Shown here one piece after another: positions 54,803-62,261 of a stretch of DNA of 64,000 nucleotides. Each line of letters opens with the position of its first letter. The stretch's first letter is position 1. The position numbers were made by a program, and so were the translations under genes. Under the pieces are notes generated by a model, which saw only the letters and a list, made by a program, of their open reading frames with translations, had not been told where the DNA came from and made no database searches. The DNA comes from an uncultured Nitrospirales bacterium (GTDB lineage Bacteria; Hydrogenedentota; Hydrogenedentia; Hydrogenedentales; GCA-2746185): positions 2,175 to 66,174 of the forward strand of contig CAYPNI010000003.1 in the NCBI GenBank assembly GCA_964411925.1. Reading direction: 5' to 3'.

Positions 54803-54817
54803 GCATCGACTCCGCCA
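54803..54817 (-). promoter_or_regulatory. Weak sigma-54-like promoter candidate upstream of fliM
   Basis: Minus strand reads TGGCGG-AGTCG-ATGC. The GG and GC dinucleotides are at the consensus spacing and 7 of 10 conserved positions match. About 110 nt upstream of the fliM ATG. A GCTTCCG-N4-CGGAAGC hairpin (54732-54749) lies in the leader. Confidence 0.3.
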
Positions 54818-54846
54818 ACGCCGCCGGGCCGCTGCGAAACCGTTCG

Positions 54847-55674
54847 CTATGCGCTGCGCAGTAGCCGATTCGCCCACCGCCGCGCGCGAATGCCTGCGGC
54901 GGAATCGAGCCAGGCCAATCGGTCCAGACGTCCTTCGACTTTGGCGGCAAATGATGTGAGCGAATCGCTGCGATCGATCCAGATTCGGCGCAGTTCGAAG
55001 CGATCGCCATCCGCGGCGTTCGCGCCGAAGCGATTGGTCAATGCATAGGCGAACCCCGCTTCGCGCGCGAGCCCGACGCTCGTGGTGGAGTAATCGAGCG
55101 CGGATCCGAAGGGATAGGCGAAGCCCTCGGCAGCGACGCCGAGCTGGGTTTCAATCGCGCGTTTGCATTCGAAGATTTCCGCGCGTTGCGTCGCCGGATC
55201 GCGCGTGGACAGCCGGCAGTGCGTCATCGTGTGGCCGCCGACCGACCAGCCGCTTCGCGCGAGTTGCGCGAGCTCGTCCCACGTCATCAAGCGCGCAGTT
55301 TCGTCTGCGGGATCGTCGTGGTCGAGATGACCGCCGACGCGCCCCGGCACGGCGAACACCGCCGCGACTAGTCCGAGTCTATCGATGACGGGGGCGGCCT
55401 CCGTCAGGTTGTCGCGATAGCCGTCGTCGAACGTAATCGCGACGCCGGTCTCGGCCTCCGCGGCGCGCGCGATGGAGACGACTTCGCGATGGTCCGCGAG
55501 CCAGCGCATCTGCTCGGCGAAGTCCGCGGGCGTCACGTTCATTTCATGGTCACGACGGCCCACGCTGTGATACGTGAGAATGACCGAGCGGGTGTCGGGC
55601 GGCTGCGGCGGCGACGCAGCTGCGCGGCGTACCGCTCGTTTCAGGCGGCCCTTGAATCGTTCCCCGGCGTGCAC
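54847..55674 (-). CDS. Polysaccharide deacetylase (NodB/CE4 family)
   Basis: ILTYHSV, ITFDDGYRDN and GGHTMTHCRL motifs. The listed ORF start (56136) lies inside the upstream gene. I chose GTG 55674, so the start is uncertain. Confidence 0.8.
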   Translation of the reverse strand: MHAGERFKGRLKRAVRRAAASPPQPPDTRSVILTYHSVGRRDHEMNVTPADFAEQMRWLADHREVVSIARAAEAETGVAITFDDGYRDNLTEAAPVIDRLGLVAAVFAVPGRVGGHLDHDDPADETARLMTWDELAQLARSGWSVGGHTMTHCRLSTRDPATQRAEIFECKRAIETQLGVAAEGFAYPFGSALDYSTTSVGLAREAGFAYALTNRFGANAADGDRFELRRIWIDRSDSLTSFAAKVEGRLDRLAWLDSAAGIRARRWANRLLRSA

Positions 55675-56531
55675 GCGGGCGTCCCTTCGCGAGTTGACAC
55701 GGCCGTCATGCGGCGCGCGCGCAGCAGTCCATAGGCGTAGCCGCCGGCGTAGACGACGTACGCGACGAGCCGGATGATTTGACCGCGCAGCGCGGCGGCA
55801 ATCAATCGCGCGGGATAACGCGCGATACGGCGCGCAAACGACGTCCGCGGTTGAAACCGATCGGACGATACCGCCTCGTGCGTGTCGTACACCGATTCCG
55901 GCTCGAACTTCTGCGCGTACGCCGACCCGAATCCGTTTCGGAAAAAGGTCTTCGCGAGTGCGCTCCAGCCGTCGGGCAGGGGGTGATAGATCCGGGCGCC
56001 GGGTACCAGCACGACGCGACGGCCCGCCGCCCGGATACGGACGCGCAAATCCGGATCGAGCCCGCGCAGGATGTCCTCGCGCTCCCCCCCCACTTCGTCG
56101 AAAACGCGCCGCGGAATAGCGCAACACCCGTGGCACGCGAGATCGCTGTCGGTGACGCGCGCGACGTCGGGCGTGTGGAGCCGTGGAAATTGACCGGCCG
56201 CGCGGCGCTGAAACGGCGACGATTCAGGATCGACCGCGATGCTCGCGCCGGCCATCCCGATACGCGGATCGGCATCCAGGCAGTCCACCAGCCGTTGGAC
56301 GACGTCGTCCGCGGCAAGACGGCTGTCGTCGTCCAGGATGATGAGGTAGGCACCGTGCGAGCGGCGCACGCCGTCGTTGATCGCGCGGCCCTGCGGAGAG
56401 ACACCCTTCACGAGGACGACTTCGAAATCGCGGAACGTCTGCCGCTCGATACTCTCCAGCAGTTTCGGCACGGCCCCGCCTCGAAATCCATCCGAACTCG
56501 GGATGATGAGCGAAACGCGCGGAATCCCCAT
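55641..56531 (-). CDS. Family-2 glycosyltransferase
   Basis: VSLIIPSSDG...LLESIERQTF.DFEVVLV and ILDDD (DxD) motifs. Start taken at ATG 56531; 56567 is also possible. Confidence 0.85.
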   Translation of the reverse strand: MGIPRVSLIIPSSDGFRGGAVPKLLESIERQTFRDFEVVLVKGVSPQGRAINDGVRRSHGAYLIILDDDSRLAADDVVQRLVDCLDADPRIGMAGASIAVDPESSPFQRRAAGQFPRLHTPDVARVTDSDLACHGCCAIPRRVFDEVGGEREDILRGLDPDLRVRIRAAGRRVVLVPGARIYHPLPDGWSALAKTFFRNGFGSAYAQKFEPESVYDTHEAVSSDRFQPRTSFARRIARYPARLIAAALRGQIIRLVAYVVYAGGYAYGLLRARRMTAVSTREGTPACTPGNDSRAA

Positions 56532-56687
56532 TGCGTATCCCCCCGGCGGGGCCAAGATACCGTCCAATAGCTCGTGACCGCAATCCGCGTGGAAAATCGT
56601 GCCGCCAGTGGCATCTCTTGAAGACGCATTCCGGATCGTTCAACAGAAATACTCTGTACGGAAGTGAGTAACCTTTTGGAACACAAA

Positions 56688-56758
56688 ATATTGGGTCATG
56701 TACGTTTTACTTGAATACATATAGGTTTATTGATACCATGCACGCAACATATTGGGTC
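56688..56758. promoter_or_regulatory. AT-rich divergent control region with two copies of ATATTGGGTC
   Basis: Exact 10-mer at 56688-56697 and 56749-56758 (13 of 15 identical over AnATATTGGGTCnTG), 61 bp apart. It sits in the only markedly AT-rich stretch of the window, between divergent operons. Confidence 0.4.
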
Positions 56759-56835
56759 GTGGGACAGATCGCATACATGTCGTGACGGGTCCGGCATGTC
56801 TGCTGATTGGCGTCCTGCCATGCGGGAGGGGAAGG

Positions 56836-58389
56836 ATGTCGGGGCCCATTCTGGTTGCACGAATCGCAGGTACACCATTCACTCTCAACGACTTACGCCC
56901 AGATACGCGCTTGATGGAGATCCCGGGCGCGTTGCTCCATACGGGTCATGGTGTAGCCGTGCTGGATGCTGCGAATTTCGAAACCTACGAGATGCTCTAC
57001 CCGGAAGAGAGCCGCGCGGACACGTACGAATGGGCGTTGCGCCAGCTTCAATCCGCGTACTCGAGCTTATTCGTGCGGGGTGGCGGGGCGGACTTCGCAT
57101 TGCCCTCGAAACTCATCAAGCATCAACGCGCGGTGTTCGAGAAACTCGGAGAACGGATTGTCGCGCGGACCGATCCGGCGGCGGTCTGTTTCAAGGTCAA
57201 TTCGCGCAAGGACCTGAGGCCGACGATGCTTGCGGCAGCGCGGGTGCGTGCGACACGCCCGCGGGCGCGCATCTTCGCGTTCGGGGACGCCTTCCATGAC
57301 GATCAGACCCTCAGCCGTGCCCTGGAGGCGTTCGATGCGGTGATGCTGGGGCCCGATCTGCCGATCGCTGAATTGTGCGCGGCGGCGAATCGCCGGGCGT
57401 GGCGGCCGATCGCGAATTTGGCCTACTACGAGGGGTCGCAACTGGTCTTGACCCGCCGGGACGGCGATGCATCTCCGGCGCGCGGCGCACATTTGGAAAG
57501 ATTTCTGTACACCGCAAGTCCCGCATATAGTAAAATACGCGTCTTTGATGTTTTCGCAGTACGGTCGGGAGTAGGCGCGGGCAGTATGGACGCCGGTATT
57601 GCAACGGACCACGCCGAAACAATCGGCGCCATCCGCGCGACCATCGACGCGTTTGGCTCGCACACGATGTGCATCCGGCCGAGCGGCGGGAACGACGCCG
57701 GGCTCGAGCGCGCACTGCTCTCCAACGACCTCGGGATTTCGTACAGCACGACGATCGATCCGGCTGAGACCGCGCGCACCCGCCTTGGGCTGCTCTCCGC
57801 GTGCGGCTGCGCCGCGATCGACATCCCGGTGCATTCGGGCAGCCAGCGCCTGCTCGATACGCACTACCAGGAGAATTTTACCGTCACTCAGGTCGAGCGG
57901 CTTGCGCGCGCGGCGAAGTTTTCCGGATTGTTCACGTCGATGCACTTCACCTTTCCGTGCCGCGAGGACGATTATCACACCGAAGACGAAACCGTGCGGC
58001 TCGTCCGCCGGGCGAATCCAAATTCGGCGGTGATTTCGCCGCCGCCGTCACACGATGTACCCGGAGGCGGCGCACTCGCGCTCGAGTTTGCCCCGCTGCG
58101 CCGCCGCGCGGTGGCCCGCGCGCGCAAGCAGAACGCCGAGCTGGGCCGGAAACTGCGCGAACTGAATGTTCCGGTGGGCGTGGACGCTACGACTGCGCTG
58201 GTCGCGGGCCTGGCGGGATTTCGCGGCCGCGAATCCGCCTTCGTCGAGCTGGTGGGGCTCCAGTTGCTCTCGGGCGACACCACGGGGCTCGCGGAGACCA
58301 TCGAACAAATCAACGACGCGGCACGCAGGCCGGCGCGAGCACTGGTGTTCAAGCCGTTCGTCGCCGCGCAAAACGCCGCGGCAAACTGA
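56836..58389 (+). CDS. B12-binding-domain/radical-SAM-like protein lacking the CX3CX2C iron-sulfur motif (probable pseudoenzyme or repurposed fold)
   Basis: ATG 56836 after GGGAGGGGAAGG. Layout follows B12-rSAM enzymes (IFAFGDAF...DAVMLGPD; ...IDIPVHSGSQRLLD...FTVTQVERL...MHFTFPCREDDYHTEDET). Where SRGCPxxCxFC is expected it reads AVRSGVGAGSMDAG. No CxxxCxxC occurs anywhere in the protein. Confidence 0.6.
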   Translation: MSGPILVARIAGTPFTLNDLRPDTRLMEIPGALLHTGHGVAVLDAANFETYEMLYPEESRADTYEWALRQLQSAYSSLFVRGGGADFALPSKLIKHQRAVFEKLGERIVARTDPAAVCFKVNSRKDLRPTMLAAARVRATRPRARIFAFGDAFHDDQTLSRALEAFDAVMLGPDLPIAELCAAANRRAWRPIANLAYYEGSQLVLTRRDGDASPARGAHLERFLYTASPAYSKIRVFDVFAVRSGVGAGSMDAGIATDHAETIGAIRATIDAFGSHTMCIRPSGGNDAGLERALLSNDLGISYSTTIDPAETARTRLGLLSACGCAAIDIPVHSGSQRLLDTHYQENFTVTQVERLARAAKFSGLFTSMHFTFPCREDDYHTEDETVRLVRRANPNSAVISPPPSHDVPGGGALALEFAPLRRRAVARARKQNAELGRKLRELNVPVGVDATTALVAGLAGFRGRESAFVELVGLQLLSGDTTGLAETIEQINDAARRPARALVFKPFVAAQNAAAN

Positions 58390-58399
58390 GGAGACGCTG

Positions 58400-59653
58400 T
58401 TGAGACCGGTGACACCCCAACCCGCCGTGATCACGGGCATCGGGGTGCTCGCGTGCAACGGCATCGGCCGCGAAGCGTTCTGGGGCGCGCTGGAGGCGGG
58501 CCGTTCGGGCATTCGGTTCATCGATCGCTTCGACACGAGCGAAATGCCGTGTCACATTGCGGGCCAGCTGTGGGACTTCAACCCGCTCGACTTCATCAGC
58601 AAGGCGAATCACAAACGTTGGCACCGCGCGGTTCACCAATCGATCGCGGCGGCCAAACTCGCGATCGACGACGCCGGGTTCGAACCGTGCCCCTATACCA
58701 ACGAACGCGTAGCCGTGGGCGTGGGCACGAGTGTGGGAAACCCCGACGAAACCTACCAACACTGGATGGAAGTCTACAAGGACAAAGGGTGGAAACACAT
58801 TGACAAGCTCGCCTCGACGGCGAATTCGGGGCACGCCTCGACCGCGAACGTGTCCGCCCATTTCGGATACCGGGGCCCGGCCGTGACCATTGCGAGCGGA
58901 TGTGCGACCGGACTCGACATGCTTCATTGGGGGCGGGAACAGATCCGGCAAGGCCTGGCGGACGCCGCGCTCGTAGGCGCGACCGAGGCGCCGCTGGAAG
59001 AACTCGGATTCGCGGGCACGTGTTCGCTGGGCATTTTGTCGCAGGAGTCCAGCGAACCAGGGACGGCCATGAAGCCATTCGATTGCCGCAGCGACGGACT
59101 CGTGCTCGCGGAAGCGGCGGTCGTCCTCGTCCTCGAACGGGCAGACCACGCGCAGGCGCGCGGCGCGCGGATTCTCGGCGAAGTGGCGGGGTGCGGGTCG
59201 GCGGCGGAAGGCAACAACGCGATCGTGCTCGAGCGCGAGGGCGGCGCGGTGGCGCGTGCGATCACGGCCGCCGTGAATGACGCGGGGATGCGCCCGGAGG
59301 ACATCGACTGCGCGCATTGCCACGGCGTGTCGTTGACGAATTACGACCGCTGCGAGACGCACGGCTACAAGCTCGCGCTGGGCGACCACGCCTACCGCAT
59401 TCCGATCACGGCGACGAAATCGATGATCGGGCAGGCCTACTCGTGCGGCGGGTTGCTGAGCGTGGCGGGCGCGCTGCTCTCGCTCGACCGCGGCATCGTG
59501 CCCGCGACGATCAATCACAACGAGCCCGACGCGGAATGCGATCTGGACTATGTGCCGGGTTTGGCGCGCGTGAACGACGCAAAATCGGCGCTGGTGACGG
59601 CGCTGAGTTTTGGAGGAACGCACGCGGCAACGGTCGTCCGGTGTTGGAATTGA
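58400..59653 (+). CDS. FabF-like beta-ketoacyl synthase with Cys-His-Gln in place of Cys-His-His
   Basis: TTG 58400 (or CTG 58397), 7 nt after GAGGAG. AVITGIGVLACNG, active-site IASGCATG and CHGVS (first His) are present. The second His motif reads TKSMIGQAYSCGG (Gln where GH is expected). Confidence 0.8.
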   Translation: MRPVTPQPAVITGIGVLACNGIGREAFWGALEAGRSGIRFIDRFDTSEMPCHIAGQLWDFNPLDFISKANHKRWHRAVHQSIAAAKLAIDDAGFEPCPYTNERVAVGVGTSVGNPDETYQHWMEVYKDKGWKHIDKLASTANSGHASTANVSAHFGYRGPAVTIASGCATGLDMLHWGREQIRQGLADAALVGATEAPLEELGFAGTCSLGILSQESSEPGTAMKPFDCRSDGLVLAEAAVVLVLERADHAQARGARILGEVAGCGSAAEGNNAIVLEREGGAVARAITAAVNDAGMRPEDIDCAHCHGVSLTNYDRCETHGYKLALGDHAYRIPITATKSMIGQAYSCGGLLSVAGALLSLDRGIVPATINHNEPDAECDLDYVPGLARVNDAKSALVTALSFGGTHAATVVRCWN

Positions 59654-59711
59654 CCGCCTGCGCGCGAAGGAGACGCGATAGGCGCGCGAGCGCGTGCCTC
59701 GAGCGAACACG

Positions 59712-62243
59712 ATGGACTTACTGATTCCATCCATATTGAACGGGTTGACGGCGCTGGTCTGCTTCGGACTGGCGGTGATGGTGCTCGTGCGCAACTGGAC
59801 CAAGCGCACGCACCAAACCTTCGCCATACTCGCGCTCGTCTTCATGACCTGGGCGGTCGCCGTGTTCGGCGCGTTGCAATCGCGCGACGAAGGCGTGCTC
59901 ATCGTCTGGGTGCACATCGCCGAGTTCGTGGTGTGCTTCGGCTCGGCGGTCTTCTATCACTTCGTGGGCTACTTCCCGCGCGGCAAGTTCGACGGCGACG
60001 TGCGCATCCTGCGAATCCTGTATGCGGTCGGCATCCTCATGGCGCTCAACTCCCTGGGCCCGTGGTTTGTCGAGATCGTCGACATCACTCCTGGAAAACC
60101 GCCGATCATCCGCCACGACGACAGCATTCTTGCGCTGCCGATTGTGCAACTGCTCGCGCTCATTCTGATTCACACCAACCTGCGCCGGAAATTCCGCGAA
60201 ACGCAGGGCCTCGGGCGCCGCCAGATTCAGTTCGTGATGACGGGCATTTACGGGATCGCGATCCTGTCCACGATCACGGCGGGGATCGAGCCGATCTTCG
60301 ACATTCCGGTGTTCCAGGCCTACGGCCCGGTCGCCGTCATGCTGGTCATGGGCTTCTTTGCGTACGCCATGGTCCGGTATCACCTGCTGGATACGCGGGC
60401 GATGATCTCGCGGGCGTTCGTGTACACGTTGGCGACGGCCTTCGTCATCGTGGTTTTCATCTCGTCTACCTATCTCGTCCGCTGGTTCCTCGATGAATCG
60501 ACCGCGCTTGTCGATGTGTTTCCCGGAATACTGACGGCGTTCGTCGTCGCTCTCGTGTTCCAGGCGGTGAAGGAACAAGTCGCCAATCTGATCGAGGTCA
60601 GTTTCCTTCGCCAGCGATACAACGTGCGCGAGCTGTATACCCGGCTCGCCCAGCGATCGGCGGAAGTCATCGATCTCGAGTTGTTTCTCGCGAACGTTAC
60701 CGCGGACATTCAACAAACGATCGGCGTGCGCACCGTGCGCGTATTGCTATTGGATCCGGATGACGCGTCAACATTGGTCACCGAGTTCACCAGCGTGCCG
60801 GACGAGCCTCCGATGCGTACGCGCGAACACACGGTCCTGCTGGACTTTCTGCGCGAATACTCGCAACCGCTCATCCTCGAGCAGATCCTCCACGGCCGGC
60901 CGGACGAACGCATGGTGCGCGTGGCGAGTTGCCTCGCGGACCTCGAGGCCTTCTTCTGCCTTCCGCTCAAGACGGGCGACGGCCTGGTGGGCATCCTCAC
61001 GCTCGGGCACAAGGACACGCACGACATCTACTCCGAGCAGGAAATGGCCGCATTCCAGGCATTGGCCGGCCCGCTCGGAACGGCGATCGCCAACGCGCGG
61101 CTTTATCGCGCGCTGGCGCGCGTCCACCTGCACCAGACCAACGTCTTCGGCCAGATGCGCGAGGGCGTGATCGCGGTGGATACCGCGGGCCGCGTGACGG
61201 TCGCGAACGACTCGGTGCGCCAGTGGCTGCCCAAGGTCTCGTTCGGGCAGCACCTGAACGATTTGCCGCCGGAGATCGCGGACCTGTTGCGCACGACGCT
61301 CGATCGCGAACTGCCCGTGAGCGACTTTGAAACGGCGATCCCCGGGCACGACGGCGAATCGATCCCGTTCATTATGTCGAGCTCGTGCCTGAAGACCGAG
61401 GACGGAAAGACGACGGGCGCGGTCGCGTTGCTGTACGACCTCTCGCTCATCAAGCGGCTCGAACGGAACGTGCAGCGCGCGGATCGCCTGTCCTCCATTG
61501 GCACGCTCGCGGCCGGCATGGCGCACGAGATCAAGAACCCGCTCGTTTCGATTAAGACATTCACGCAGCTCCTGGCCGATCGCTACAAGGACCCCGAGTT
61601 CCGCGCGACGTTTGAGGAAGTGGTCCCGCACGAGGTGGACCGGATCGACACGATCGTGTCGCGCCTGCTCGATTTCGCGCGGCCGCGGCCCGTCGCATAC
61701 ACGCAGGTGAATCTGCGCCGCACGCTCGAGGAAGTGCTGGCGCTGCTGGAGAACCAGTTGCGCAAGGGGTTCGTCGAGATCAAGCTCGATTTTCCGGAAA
61801 AGCCGCTGTACGTGCTCGGCGACGACCAACAATTGCATCAGGCGTTTCTGAACCTCTCGCTGAACGCGATCGACGCAATGAAACACAAGAACGAAGGCAC
61901 GCTGACGATTCGCGCGCGCCAGAGCTATCTGTTCAAACGGCGGACGAACGTGTCCAGCCTGGTCGAGCGCAAGTGCGCGCGCATTACGGTTACGGACACC
62001 GGATGCGGCATTCCGACTGACAAGTTGCCTGATGTGTTCACGCCGTTCTTCACGACCAAACCCGAAGGGTGCGGTCTGGGACTGGCGGTGGTGCATGGGA
62101 TCATCGAAGAGCATGGGGGCGAGATCGACGTTTCGAGCGTCGAGAACGAAGGCACGACGTTCACCGTGTCGTTGCCGCTGTCCACGATGGCCGAGAAGGT
62201 GGAGGAACCGGTAGTCGAAGAAGGGGCGGAGTCCAAATCGTAG
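59712..62243 (+). CDS. Sensor histidine kinase: multi-TM N-terminal domain, GAF, PAS, HisKA, HATPase
   Basis: Six or more N-terminal hydrophobic helices. GAF (LPLKTGDGLVGILTLGHK). H-box LAAGMAHEIKNPL. N/G boxes (LNLSLNAIDAM, DTGCGI, GCGLGLAVV). Confidence 0.9.
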   Translation: MDLLIPSILNGLTALVCFGLAVMVLVRNWTKRTHQTFAILALVFMTWAVAVFGALQSRDEGVLIVWVHIAEFVVCFGSAVFYHFVGYFPRGKFDGDVRILRILYAVGILMALNSLGPWFVEIVDITPGKPPIIRHDDSILALPIVQLLALILIHTNLRRKFRETQGLGRRQIQFVMTGIYGIAILSTITAGIEPIFDIPVFQAYGPVAVMLVMGFFAYAMVRYHLLDTRAMISRAFVYTLATAFVIVVFISSTYLVRWFLDESTALVDVFPGILTAFVVALVFQAVKEQVANLIEVSFLRQRYNVRELYTRLAQRSAEVIDLELFLANVTADIQQTIGVRTVRVLLLDPDDASTLVTEFTSVPDEPPMRTREHTVLLDFLREYSQPLILEQILHGRPDERMVRVASCLADLEAFFCLPLKTGDGLVGILTLGHKDTHDIYSEQEMAAFQALAGPLGTAIANARLYRALARVHLHQTNVFGQMREGVIAVDTAGRVTVANDSVRQWLPKVSFGQHLNDLPPEIADLLRTTLDRELPVSDFETAIPGHDGESIPFIMSSSCLKTEDGKTTGAVALLYDLSLIKRLERNVQRADRLSSIGTLAAGMAHEIKNPLVSIKTFTQLLADRYKDPEFRATFEEVVPHEVDRIDTIVSRLLDFARPRPVAYTQVNLRRTLEEVLALLENQLRKGFVEIKLDFPEKPLYVLGDDQQLHQAFLNLSLNAIDAMKHKNEGTLTIRARQSYLFKRRTNVSSLVERKCARITVTDTGCGIPTDKLPDVFTPFFTTKPEGCGLGLAVVHGIIEEHGGEIDVSSVENEGTTFTVSLPLSTMAEKVEEPVVEEGAESKS

Positions 62244-62261
62244 TAGGATAGGTGCTGTACA

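Noticed and set aside
56806-56821. TGGCGTCCTGCCATGC sigma-54-like string just before the radical-SAM-like gene
   Set aside because: The GG to GC spacing is one base too long, and it sits only 15 nt from the ATG.
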